Positions 20,812 through 29,637 of a stretch of DNA of 64,000 nt are shown piece by piece (positions within the stretch are counted from its first letter, which is position 1; the number at the start of each line of letters is the position of its first letter). Source of the stretch: Bacteroidales bacterium (GTDB lineage: Bacteria; Bacteroidota; Bacteroidia; Bacteroidales; B18-G4); NCBI GenBank assembly GCA_032250805.1, contig JAVVEM010000013.1, positions 8,268 to 72,267 on the forward strand. The letters run 5' to 3'. The translations under genes were made by a program, and so were the position numbers. A model generated the notes under the pieces. The model was not told the DNA's origin. It saw only the letters and a list, made by a program, of their open reading frames with translations, and did not search any database.

Positions 20812-22806
20812 TCATTTATAGCAAAAGCGCTTGATGACGCCATAAGCGCTTTTAATCCCCAGTTCGCCGGCCTTACTAAGATCGCTGCAGCCGTTGTCGA
20901 GCTGATAGAGGTATATATAAGTTAATCCGCGGTTAAACCAGGCTTCAGCCAGCCCGGGATCGAGTTTTATGGCTTGTGAATAATCAAGCACCGCACTGTT
21001 ATAGTCTTTGAGCCTGCAGCGTATGTTTCCGCGATTGAACCAGGCATATGGCAGCTTTGGGCTAAGCCCGATTACCCTGTCGTAATCCTGCAGTACAGTG
21101 GCAAAATCGGGTTCTCTTATCACATCCTCAGCCCTGGGTGCAGGGATCTTATCCCAGCTTATGGTTACATTATCAGTATAAACCCGTTCATTATACAAAT
21201 ACTCTTCAAGCTCATACCTGGTGTTTGCCCTGTTGAAATATGCATAAACAAATTTAGGGAAGAGCGTAATGGTGTTATCATAAGCATCGAGCGAATTTGT
21301 ATAGTTATGTGCCATGCCATTTACAACTCCCTTAAGAAAATGGCCAATATAATCGGAAGAGTTTTCGCTGAGAAGGCTGTCGGCAATCGTAAGGTGATAA
21401 TTAAGCGTTTCGGCATTTTCCTCAACCGCCTCGTTCATGATGATAAAGGCCAGGTCTTCCCCGTTGCTGACCGTATATTCGGTGATCTCCTTTACCGTAA
21501 ATCCTTCGCGCTGTTTTCTGACAAATTCCTTGTCTTTTTTAATAAACTGTACAGTAAAATTTGGCTGTAACTCAATGCCTTCATATGCCCTGTTAAGCTC
21601 ACCGGTCATATTGCCATCATTAAAATCCGATTCAAATGCAATCAGTTTTTTAAAATAGCTGGAGTCGGCATAGGTTTTCAGCAATGCTTCGGTCGATGAT
21701 TCTCCATCATTAAGCATGTTTATGATCTCAAAAGCCCTGTCGCTGTCCTGCTTTGCACCCTGAAAGTCGTTCAATTGCTGTCGGGATGCTGAGCGCTGAA
21801 GGTAAGCACCGGCAAAATCAGGGAATAGCTCTATGCATTTTGTATAGTCGGCAATGGCTTCTTTATGCTGTCCGGTAACCTGGTAAATATAAGCCCTGCC
21901 ATACCAGGCATAAACATTATTGGGGTTGATCCCGATCACCATGTTGTAATCCCTGAGCGAGCCTTCATAGTTTTTCAGGCTTGCTTTGAGCCATGCCCTG
22001 TTGTAATAAGTGAGGGCATTGTAAGGATTTCCCTTGATCACGGCATCAAAGTCACGCATGGCTCCTGTGGTGTCTCCTGTATTGATCCGGGTTAAGCCCC
22101 TGTGGAAACGGGCCACCGAATTGTCGGGATCTAGGTCCATGATCTGCTCAAAATCAGCAATGGCTTTCTCATATTCTTCCGTTTCGTAATAGATCTGACC
22201 GCGTTTGAGGTAGGCATCGGTATTGAAATAGTCCAGCAAGAGCGCTTTGTTGCAATCTTCTATGGCCCCTTCGTTATTGTTCAGGTAACTTTTGGCAATG
22301 GCTCTGTAAAGATATGCATGGGCGATTGTCTTGTCGAATTTTAATGCCTGGTTAAGATCATCAATGGCTGATGCATAACGCTTCATGTTGATGCGTGTAA
22401 GACCCCTGTCGATATATATGTCGGGATTGAAGGGGTCGATCTCCAGTGCTTTGTGAAAATCGTGCTGGGCATTGGTGTAATTATACATTTGTGCCCTGGC
22501 AATGGCCCTGTAATGATAGGCATGCGAATACAGCGGGTGTATAGTCACTGCCGTGCTAAGGTCGCGGTCTGCCCCCTGGTAATCGCCCAGGTAAAGCTTG
22601 GCGATGCCTCTTAAAAAATATGGTTTGAACAGCTCGGGCTTATAAGTGATAACGATGTTGAATTTTTTGATCGATTCAGCATAGTTGGACTGGCTGAGCT
22701 CATATCGCCCCGAATGCATAAAGTGCGAAATGTTTACCTGTGCTGAGGCAAAAAGCGACAAAAGCAGGCCCAAAAGTGCTGTGATCAGAATCTTTTTCAT
22801 AGGCAT
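20812..22806 (-). CDS. Secreted tetratricopeptide-repeat (TPR) protein
   Basis: Signal peptide MKKILITALLGLLLSLFASAQ. Many 34-aa repeats of the A..Y..RG......G....A..D...A....P type occur in both the N- and C-terminal thirds. Confidence 0.8.
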   Translation of the reverse strand: MPMKKILITALLGLLLSLFASAQVNISHFMHSGRYELSQSNYAESIKKFNIVITYKPELFKPYFLRGIAKLYLGDYQGADRDLSTAVTIHPLYSHAYHYRAIARAQMYNYTNAQHDFHKALEIDPFNPDIYIDRGLTRINMKRYASAIDDLNQALKFDKTIAHAYLYRAIAKSYLNNNEGAIEDCNKALLLDYFNTDAYLKRGQIYYETEEYEKAIADFEQIMDLDPDNSVARFHRGLTRINTGDTTGAMRDFDAVIKGNPYNALTYYNRAWLKASLKNYEGSLRDYNMVIGINPNNVYAWYGRAYIYQVTGQHKEAIADYTKCIELFPDFAGAYLQRSASRQQLNDFQGAKQDSDRAFEIINMLNDGESSTEALLKTYADSSYFKKLIAFESDFNDGNMTGELNRAYEGIELQPNFTVQFIKKDKEFVRKQREGFTVKEITEYTVSNGEDLAFIIMNEAVEENAETLNYHLTIADSLLSENSSDYIGHFLKGVVNGMAHNYTNSLDAYDNTITLFPKFVYAYFNRANTRYELEEYLYNERVYTDNVTISWDKIPAPRAEDVIREPDFATVLQDYDRVIGLSPKLPYAWFNRGNIRCRLKDYNSAVLDYSQAIKLDPGLAEAWFNRGLTYIYLYQLDNGCSDLSKAGELGIKSAYGVIKRFCYK

Positions 22807-22816
22807 TCAGCTAACG

Positions 22817-23269
22817 CTAAAGATCGGTTTTTGTTTTCCCGCTCAGGCTGATGTCGCCTATCTGCATATGTTTGTCGACGGCCTTGCACATATCGTAAAT
22901 CGTTAATAAAGCAATGCTGACTGCGGTGAGCGCTTCCATTTCAACCCCGGTTTGACCTATGCAGCGTGCCAGGCCGGTTACCTTTATCCCATCGGGAAGG
23001 ATCTCTGCATTTACTTTTACTTTGGTAAGGGCCAGGGGATGGCAGAGGGGGATCAGTTCGCTGGTGCGCTTGGCTGCCTGTATTCCGGCAATCTCGGCAA
23101 CAGTGAGCACATCGCCCTTTTTGATCTCATTTTCGCGGATCAGCTCAAGGGATTTTTTACTAAGCCTGATATGACCTTCAGCTATCGCTTCGCGCTGCTG
23201 TTCAGGCTTGGCACTGATATCAACCATGCGGGCCTTACCTTTATCGTCAGTATGTGAAAGTTGTTTCAT
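22817..23269 (-). CDS. moaC: Cyclic pyranopterin monophosphate synthase MoaC
   Basis: MVDISAK...TVAEIAGIQAAKRTSELIPLCHPL...GVEMEALTAVSIALLTIYDMCKA is characteristic of MoaC; 150 aa. Confidence 0.92.
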   Translation of the reverse strand: MKQLSHTDDKGKARMVDISAKPEQQREAIAEGHIRLSKKSLELIRENEIKKGDVLTVAEIAGIQAAKRTSELIPLCHPLALTKVKVNAEILPDGIKVTGLARCIGQTGVEMEALTAVSIALLTIYDMCKAVDKHMQIGDISLSGKTKTDL

Positions 23270-23334
23270 GCTTTCGGGTTTTTTATTTGGCTTTCTTCCA
23301 GAAAAATTTCAGTTGCTATGGGTTTCCGACAGTG

Positions 23335-24138
23335 CTATCCGCCGATATTGTAAAAACTGCTCTTCTGACTGCTTAAACCGCATGCCGGTTTATTTTCTAC
23401 TGCCATCAACAGTGCTTTTCTTGCTCCGAGTTTTCGAACATTGTATTCCAGATCGCTGAACAGGCATGGCTTGATCATGCCGTCGGAGGTCAGGCGCAGT
23501 CTGTTGCAACTGGCACAATGACCTCCCGATCCCCCGATTACTTCTCCAAAGGTACCTTCGTGCAGATCCATTTGGGGGATGAATCGTATTTGAAGGCCCT
23601 TAATCCTGGCAAAAGCACTCACGCTCTGAGCATCGGGCTCATCGCCATTGTGTTTTACGACACAATTGAGCTTTACCGGGTTAAGTCCGGCATCAAGGGC
23701 AGCATCAATCCCCATCAGCGCATCCTGAAGACTGCCTACACGGGTAATGGATTTATACTTTTCGGGCCTGAGGGTGTCGAGACTGATGTTTACCCGGTGC
23801 AGGCCTGCTTTTTTCAATTCGAAGGCGTATTTCGGAAGCAGGGTGCCATTGGTGGTCATTCCAAAATCGTTGATGCCTTCAATATCAGCGATCATCCTTA
23901 CAAGTTCTGTAATCCCTTTTCTCACCAGTGGTTCACCCCCGGTGATCCTGACCTTGTCGACGCCCAGCCTGACTGCTTCCTCAACCACTTCAACGATCTC
24001 GTCATAGCTGAGAATATCCTTATGCTTCATAAGTTTTATGCCACTGGCAGGCATACAATATGTGCAGCGGAGGTTGCATCGGTCGGTGACCGAAATACGG
24101 AGGTAGTTTATTTTTCTGTTATATTTGTCTAACATCAA
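23335..24138 (-). CDS. moaA: GTP 3',8-cyclase MoaA (radical SAM), compact 267-aa form
   Basis: The N-terminal YLRISVTDRCNLRCTYCMP carries the CX3CX2C cluster. The C-terminal auxiliary-cluster cysteines are CASCNRLRLTSDGMIKPC, and the protein ends in IGG. It is about 50-60 aa shorter than E. coli MoaA. Confidence 0.85.
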   Translation of the reverse strand: MMLDKYNRKINYLRISVTDRCNLRCTYCMPASGIKLMKHKDILSYDEIVEVVEEAVRLGVDKVRITGGEPLVRKGITELVRMIADIEGINDFGMTTNGTLLPKYAFELKKAGLHRVNISLDTLRPEKYKSITRVGSLQDALMGIDAALDAGLNPVKLNCVVKHNGDEPDAQSVSAFARIKGLQIRFIPQMDLHEGTFGEVIGGSGGHCASCNRLRLTSDGMIKPCLFSDLEYNVRKLGARKALLMAVENKPACGLSSQKSSFYNIGG

Positions 24139-25291
24139 TGAGTTCTCCTGCTTTCAGGCTTTCTGTGCCCATGGGTACCCTGATAAAACCATCAGCCAGG
24201 CTTAATGCCTGTATGTGGGCAGAGCCATGATATTCGTTCGGAAACACTTTTCCGTCTTCAATCCTAACCGGAATAAACGAATCACGGTCGGTCTTTTTTC
24301 GAGTGTAGTATGCCCCCATGGGCAGGTTGAGGACTTTGTGGCCGATTTCGGCACCCATCGACAGGCGAAGGTATGGCTTCACGAGCAGATCAAAGGTGTT
24401 GAATGCCGAGACAGGATTGCCCGGAAGGCCGAAAATCCTTTTATTGCCATACTTCCCGAAAAGGGTTGGTTTTCCTGGCTGGATGGCAAGTGTTTGAAAA
24501 AGCACATCGATATGCAGTTTTTCAAATACGGCCGGGATAAAATCAAATTGTCCCATAGATATTCCACCTGTAAGGATGACCACATCGTTGTTTTCCAGGG
24601 CTTCATGGATGATATTATACGTAGCTTCTTCTTCATCGCGGGCAATGCCCAGATAGTGCGGTTCGGCACCGCATTTTATCACCTGGCCGATGAGCTGGTA
24701 TGCATTGCTGTTCCTGATCTTCGATACACCCGGTTTTTGTGTGGGTTCTACAATCTCATCGCCTGTTGAAATGATCGCCACACGTGGCTTTAAAGAAACC
24801 TGCAGATTTGCATATCCTGTTGATGCAAGAATAGCCATGTGCTGGGGCTCAATAATCGTGCCTTCATCAATGAGCACATCACCTTTTGCCACATCTTCAG
24901 CTTTCATGGAAATGTTTGATTTTCCGGGTTTCCCGGTAAAAATTATATTGCCATCGCTGTCCGTGTGTGTATCTTCTACCTTAATCACGGTATCGGCCCC
25001 CTCAGGTACCGGAGCACCGGTCATAATTTCCGAACATTCGCCTTCTCCGACATTTTTTTCGGGTTCTTTTCCGGCGGGGATGGTTTCAATTAAGCGCAAG
25101 GGTTTGTTCAAATCCTCATTACGGCATGCATAACCATCCATTGCTGATTTATTAAACGGGGGCATATCGACATCCGAAATGATGACTTCGGCAAGCACAC
25201 GGTGGAGCGAATCCTTTACATCAACATTTTCGACATCCATTGGCTCTACAGCGCCTGTAACCAATTTATATGCTTCTTCGATGCGGATCAT
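24119..25291 (-). CDS. moeA: Molybdopterin molybdotransferase MoeA
   Basis: Contains PPFNKSAMDGYA, STGDEI, VILTGGISMGQFD, QPGKP and LPGNPVSA motifs; 390 aa. Confidence 0.9.
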   Translation of the reverse strand: MIRIEEAYKLVTGAVEPMDVENVDVKDSLHRVLAEVIISDVDMPPFNKSAMDGYACRNEDLNKPLRLIETIPAGKEPEKNVGEGECSEIMTGAPVPEGADTVIKVEDTHTDSDGNIIFTGKPGKSNISMKAEDVAKGDVLIDEGTIIEPQHMAILASTGYANLQVSLKPRVAIISTGDEIVEPTQKPGVSKIRNSNAYQLIGQVIKCGAEPHYLGIARDEEEATYNIIHEALENNDVVILTGGISMGQFDFIPAVFEKLHIDVLFQTLAIQPGKPTLFGKYGNKRIFGLPGNPVSAFNTFDLLVKPYLRLSMGAEIGHKVLNLPMGAYYTRKKTDRDSFIPVRIEDGKVFPNEYHGSAHIQALSLADGFIRVPMGTESLKAGELIDVRQI

Positions 25292-25310
25292 TTGTTATTG
25301 TTTTGATATG

Positions 25311-25318
25311 CAAAAATA
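25311..25318 (-). promoter_or_regulatory. Bacteroidota -7 promoter box (TATTTTTG) for moeA-moaA-moaC
   Basis: The reverse complement of caaaaata matches TAnnTTTG. It lies 20 nt upstream of the ATG at 25291. Confidence 0.45.
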
Positions 25319-25388
25319 GACTTTTTTCAGAAGGTATACGGAACACCTGGCGCAGAATAACGAAGAATGGGCTTTGCAACCCAGGCCT

Positions 25389-27443
25389 CTAAAGTTTTGC
25401 TTTCAGGTAGTCGTATATCTCAAACTGTGCGCGGTGTTGGAAAGTATCGCCTGTTGTGCGGTACTGGTTCATGTTTTTTCTGCTCAGATACCGGGCCTGG
25501 GTATTGTCCTTCAGCTGGATCTGAAGCATGTCGTGGAGTTCCTTTTTGATGCCCTCATCAAGGATGGGGCAAACAACTTCAACACGATGATCGAAATTAC
25601 GGGGCATCCAGTCGGCAGAGCCAATGTAATACTTATGGTCGCCCCCGTTGCAGAAAACAAAAACTCTCGAATGTTCAAGGAATTTGTCGACAATGCTGAA
25701 GGTTTCGACTTTATCATTGATCTCTTCATCGCCGGGATCGATGATGCATATCCCCCTGATGATCATCTGCAGCTTTACGCCTGCTTTTGCTGCTTCATAA
25801 ACTTTATTGGCGATCTTTTTGTCGGAAATGCTGTTCATCTTCAGAATGGCCCAGGCTTCTTTCCCTTCGGCTGCATTCTTAATCTCATTCCCGAGCATGT
25901 TTGTAAAAAACTGCCTGATGCTGAATGGCGCAATAATGAGATTGCTGAAGGTGGGCATGATGAACTTCGATTCGAACAGATGGAATACCTTGTTCACTTC
26001 TGCTGTGATCTCCTGATTTGCGGTGAGCAGGCTGTCGTCGGCATATACCCTGGCAGTCGATTCATTGAAGTTTCCTGTACTTATGTTGGCGTAATAGACA
26101 TTTTCGCCATTTTCTTTTCTCCTGATCTGCAGAAGTTTGCTGTGTACCTTAAAGCCCGGAATGGTTTGAATGATCTTGACCCCTTCTTCCTGCAGCCTGT
26201 TGGTCCAGTAAATATTGGCCTCCTCCTCAAAGCGTGCCTGCAGTTCCATGAATACTGTAACCTGCTTACCGTTTCGTGCAGCATTGATGAGGGCATTCAT
26301 TACGCTCGATCCTTCGGCGGCGCGGTAAAATGTCATTTTAATGGCCCGCACCTGCGGGTCGATGGATGCCTCCCTGAGCAGATCGATGATATAGTGAAAG
26401 GTTTGGTAAGGGTAGTGCAGCATAATGTCCTTCTCGCGTAACACCTCAATAATGCTCTTGTTCGGGGGCAGATCCTTATGGAGCAAGGGTGGTGAAGGCG
26501 GATACCTCAACTCAGTGCGGCCAAGGTCGGGGAAGCTCATAAAATCTTTAAAATTATGATATTTGCCACCGGCGCGTGTATTGTCGCGCTTGCGGATATT
26601 AAATTTTTTCATAAGCAGTTTGAGCAACTCCTCAGGTATTTTTTTGTCGTAGACAAAGCGAACGGGCTCACCCTTTTTGCGCTGCTTTACGCTTTCACTC
26701 ATGAGCTCAAGAAAGCTTTTCGATACGTCATTGTCGATATCCATCTCCGCATCGCGGGTAAACTTTATCGTATAGGCCTTGTAGTAGTCGTAACCAAATA
26801 TTGAAAAGATGTCGCCCAGGCAGTAACGGATCACGTCATCGAGAAGGATAATGAATTTCTTGTTTTCTTTTTCAGGCAGGATAACAAAACGGTCGACTTT
26901 GTCGGTGGGAACGGTGATCAGCGCAAACTGCCGCTTGTTTCCGTTTTTTTTGCTGCGGAGGTCAACGGCAAGATGTATCGTTGCATCTTTAAGGGTTTGC
27001 AGATCGGTGAGATTGTCAAGCATCAACGGAAAAAGATCCGGCCTCACCTTATCCGAAAAAAAACGATGTACAAACCTGCCCTGCTCTTCATCAAGGCTTT
27101 GCTCATCCATGATAAGGATATTTTCTTCATTGAGCTTCAGTTTGATCTCTTCCCAGGTTTTGTTGAATTTAATTTCCTGTTCCTCAACAATGTGGGCTAT
27201 CTCTTCAAGTACTGCAGCAGTTTCATTTCCTGCAATGTTGTTTTTAATCTCATAATTCAACATCCTGCGTTGTGTGGCAACCCTCACCCTGAAAAATTCA
27301 TCGCGGTTGTTGGAATATATTCCCAGAAATTTGATCCGGTCGATCAGGGGGGTGGTTTCATCCATTGCCTCCTGCAACACGCGCTCGTTAAAATCAAGCC
27401 AGCTGATCTCCCTGTTAATGTATTTTGATTTTTTTAAGGTCAT
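25389..27443 (-). CDS. ppk1: Polyphosphate kinase 1
   Basis: N-terminal YINREISWLDFNERVLQEA, two PLD-like HKD-type regions (KVHSKLLQIRR, FLEHSRVFVF) and a length of 684 aa. Confidence 0.95.
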   Translation of the reverse strand: MTLKKSKYINREISWLDFNERVLQEAMDETTPLIDRIKFLGIYSNNRDEFFRVRVATQRRMLNYEIKNNIAGNETAAVLEEIAHIVEEQEIKFNKTWEEIKLKLNEENILIMDEQSLDEEQGRFVHRFFSDKVRPDLFPLMLDNLTDLQTLKDATIHLAVDLRSKKNGNKRQFALITVPTDKVDRFVILPEKENKKFIILLDDVIRYCLGDIFSIFGYDYYKAYTIKFTRDAEMDIDNDVSKSFLELMSESVKQRKKGEPVRFVYDKKIPEELLKLLMKKFNIRKRDNTRAGGKYHNFKDFMSFPDLGRTELRYPPSPPLLHKDLPPNKSIIEVLREKDIMLHYPYQTFHYIIDLLREASIDPQVRAIKMTFYRAAEGSSVMNALINAARNGKQVTVFMELQARFEEEANIYWTNRLQEEGVKIIQTIPGFKVHSKLLQIRRKENGENVYYANISTGNFNESTARVYADDSLLTANQEITAEVNKVFHLFESKFIMPTFSNLIIAPFSIRQFFTNMLGNEIKNAAEGKEAWAILKMNSISDKKIANKVYEAAKAGVKLQMIIRGICIIDPGDEEINDKVETFSIVDKFLEHSRVFVFCNGGDHKYYIGSADWMPRNFDHRVEVVCPILDEGIKKELHDMLQIQLKDNTQARYLSRKNMNQYRTTGDTFQHRAQFEIYDYLKAKL

Positions 27444-27466
27444 GTGCTGTTATTCCATTGCCAGTA

Positions 27467-27474
27467 CAAAGATA
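27467..27474 (-). promoter_or_regulatory. Bacteroidota -7 promoter box (TATCTTTG) for ppk1
   Basis: The reverse complement of caaagata matches TAnnTTTG. It lies 24 nt upstream of the ATG at 27443. Confidence 0.5.
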
Positions 27475-27525
27475 TAAAATTAGCTGAAACCCAAGGTGTC
27501 GCAACTGCCTGCTACCAACCGGGGG

Positions 27526-28017
27526 CTAAAGCATTTTTGGATAAATGATGAAATTGGTTGTGGGTTCAGCCACCGGCAGATTCATCCAAATGCGTGTATT
27601 AAAGCTTACTGATACCACACCTGAGGTGGGGAGCCATTCAATTTTTTCGTGCAGGAAATGATTGGCGAAATTTGTAAGTGCAGGGTTATGCCCGACAATC
27701 ATTAAATTGTCGACATCATCGCGAAGGTCAAAAAACTGATCATACAGATTGTCGGCCGAAGCATGATAGACTTGTCTTGATACCTGTATATTGCCGGAAG
27801 GGTAATTCAGGCCGTGGGCAATGATCTTTGCTGTTTCCAGGGCACGTACAGCGTGGCTGGAAATGATCAGGTCGGGCTTGATCTCTTTCTGTTGAAGATA
27901 ATCGATAATTTTTTTTGTTCTTTTTTTGCCTTTTTCCAGCAATGGTCTTTCTTCATCACTCAACTCAGGGTGATTCCATGATGATTTTGCGTGCCGCACA
28001 ATATACAGGGTCTTCAT
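27526..28017 (-). CDS. Histidine phosphatase superfamily protein (SixA-like)
   Basis: LYIVRHAKS catalytic RHG-type motif and a downstream MIVGHNP; 163 aa. Confidence 0.8.
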   Translation of the reverse strand: MKTLYIVRHAKSSWNHPELSDEERPLLEKGKKRTKKIIDYLQQKEIKPDLIISSHAVRALETAKIIAHGLNYPSGNIQVSRQVYHASADNLYDQFFDLRDDVDNLMIVGHNPALTNFANHFLHEKIEWLPTSGVVSVSFNTRIWMNLPVAEPTTNFIIYPKML

Positions 28018-28105
28018 AGCATAATGAGTTAAAGCCTTTTGGGCTATAAAGATATAAAGTATTGGTATTGACCGCTAAGGCGATGGTGTTAAAGAATCGT
28101 TAAAT

Positions 28106-29386
28106 CTACCAGGCAAAGATGGGAAAATCGCCCATCATTTTATTTACCTTATCACGCGTGGCATTGATCACCTTTTCATCTTCCAGATTATTGATTACAT
28201 CATCAATCATCTCAACGATAGGTTCCATGTGTTCTTCCTTCAACCCCCTGGTGGTTATCGCCGGCGTACCTACACGCAAACCTGATGTCTGGAAGGGTGA
28301 GCGGCTGTCGAAGGGAACCATGTTCTTGTTTACAGTGATGTCGGCACGAACAAGTGTGTTTTCAACAACTTTCCCGGTGATTTCGGGGAACTTCGTTCGG
28401 AGGTCGATCAGCAGCAGATGGTTATCGGTTCCGCCCGATATGACATGATAACCCCGGTCAACAAAGGCTTTACCCATCACGTCAGCATTTTTCTTCACCT
28501 GAAGGATATATTCAAAATAACCATCAGTAAGTGCTTCGCCATATGCAACGGCTTTTGAAGCAATGACATGCTCCAGTGGTCCGCCCTGTATGCCCGGAAA
28601 AACTGCCGAGTTCAGTACTGTCGACATCATTTTTACTACCCCCTTGGGCGTAGTGAGGCCCCAGGGATTTTCGAAGTCTTCGCCCATGAGGATCATTCCG
28701 CCGCGTGGTCCGCGCAGGGTTTTGTGCGTTGTAGTGGTTACAATGTGGCAGTAGGGCAATGGATCGTTGAGGATACCTTTGGCGATCAGTCCGGCAGGAT
28801 GCGCAATATCGGCCATCAGCAGGGCACCCACCTGGTCGGCAATGTCGCGCATGCGCTCGTAATCCCAGTCGCGCGAGTATGCCGAAGCACCTGCCAGGAT
28901 AAGCTTTGGCTTTTCGCGAAGGGCAATCTCTTCCATCTTGTCGTAGTTCACCAAACCGGTTTCTTCATCCACACCATAAGCAACCGGATTGTAGAGGATG
29001 CCCGAACTGTTCACGGCCGAACCATGCGAAAGGTGGCCGCCATGCGAAAGGTCGAGGCCCATGAAGGTATCGCCCGGTTTAAGGCATGCCAGGAATACCG
29101 CCATGTTGGCCTGGGCACCTGAATGGGGCTGCACATTGGCATATTCAGCACCGAAAAGCTCCATGGCACGATCAATGGCCAGTTGCTCTGTTTCATCAAC
29201 GAATTGACATCCGCCATAATAACGCTTGCCGGGATATCCTTCTGCATATTTGTTGGTCATGCACGACCCCATCGCCTCCAGCACCTGCTCGCTGACAAAA
29301 TTCTCTGAGGCGATCAGCTCGATGCCAAAACGCTGCCTGTCCTGTTCTTTCTTAATGATCCCGAAAACTGCTTTATCTCTTTCCAT
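28106..29386 (-). CDS. glyA: Serine hydroxymethyltransferase
   Basis: Contains [21 protein letters not shown] and the PLP-lysine region [15 protein letters not shown]; 426 aa. Confidence 0.97.
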   Translation of the reverse strand: MERDKAVFGIIKKEQDRQRFGIELIASENFVSEQVLEAMGSCMTNKYAEGYPGKRYYGGCQFVDETEQLAIDRAMELFGAEYANVQPHSGAQANMAVFLACLKPGDTFMGLDLSHGGHLSHGSAVNSSGILYNPVAYGVDEETGLVNYDKMEEIALREKPKLILAGASAYSRDWDYERMRDIADQVGALLMADIAHPAGLIAKGILNDPLPYCHIVTTTTHKTLRGPRGGMILMGEDFENPWGLTTPKGVVKMMSTVLNSAVFPGIQGGPLEHVIASKAVAYGEALTDGYFEYILQVKKNADVMGKAFVDRGYHVISGGTDNHLLLIDLRTKFPEITGKVVENTLVRADITVNKNMVPFDSRSPFQTSGLRVGTPAITTRGLKEEHMEPIVEMIDDVINNLEDEKVINATRDKVNKMMGDFPIFAW

Positions 29387-29432
29387 AACGCACTTATTTA
29401 TATTGTTCTGATGTTGTTTTTATAAGGAATGG

Positions 29433-29440
29433 CAAAAATA
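29433..29440 (-). promoter_or_regulatory. Bacteroidota -7 promoter box (TATTTTTG) for glyA
   Basis: The reverse complement of caaaaata matches TAnnTTTG. It lies 47 nt upstream of the ATG at 29386. Confidence 0.45.
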
Positions 29441-29505
29441 CATTAAAATTGAATTTCTGCCAAGAAAACAAAGTATAATCGCCGCTTGTTAACAGATTCG
29501 GGATC

Positions 29506-29550
29506 GCCGGATACAGTATTCAGGCTTCCTGAAAATTTAACGTATCCGGC
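29506..29550. repeat. Nested inverted repeat: 9-bp perfect outer stem enclosing a 6-bp hairpin
   Basis: GCCGGATAC (29506-29514) pairs with GTATCCGGC (29542-29550). Inside them, TTCAGG (29519-29524) pairs with CCTGAA (29528-29533) around a 3-nt loop. Confidence 0.6.
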
Positions 29551-29609
29551 TGCCCGCAATATGTAGCATTGGCGTTTGCAGCTTTACCTGCAATGAGCAT
29601 AAAATACTT

Positions 29610-29617
29610 TAATTTTG
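29610..29617 (+). promoter_or_regulatory. Bacteroidota -7 promoter box (TAATTTTG) for the T9SS type B cargo gene
   Basis: Matches TAnnTTTG, 20 nt upstream of the ATG at 29638. Confidence 0.45.
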
Positions 29618-29637
29618 TATCTGCCGTTAATAATGAA

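Noticed and set aside
23518-24132. 204-aa ORF on the plus strand
   Set aside because: It is antisense to moaA, whose radical SAM and C-terminal cluster motifs are unambiguous.
25369-25382. GGGCTTTGCAACCC hairpin 7 nt after the ppk1 stop, considered as a terminator
   Set aside because: It has a 5-bp stem including a G-U pair, and no U-tract. The support is not strong enough for a feature call.
25292-25388. Possible Moco riboswitch upstream of moeA
   Set aside because: Only 97 nt separate the ppk1 stop from the moeA ATG. The predicted -7 box at 25311-25318 leaves a UTR of roughly 15 nt, far too short for the ~130-nt Moco RNA motif. I saw no matching conserved stems.
25374-26441. 355-aa ORF on the plus strand
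   Set aside because: It lies entirely antisense to the strongly supported ppk1 gene. Its translation is low-complexity and Cys/Phe-rich with no recognisable motif, so it is a shadow ORF.
29569-29637. Upstream TTG-initiated extension (translated as MAFAALPAMSIKYFNFVSAVNNE) of the T9SS type B cargo ORF
   Set aside because: The ATG at 29638 gives a proper signal peptide and is preceded by a TAATTTTG -7 box at 29610-29617. That box would lie inside the extension.
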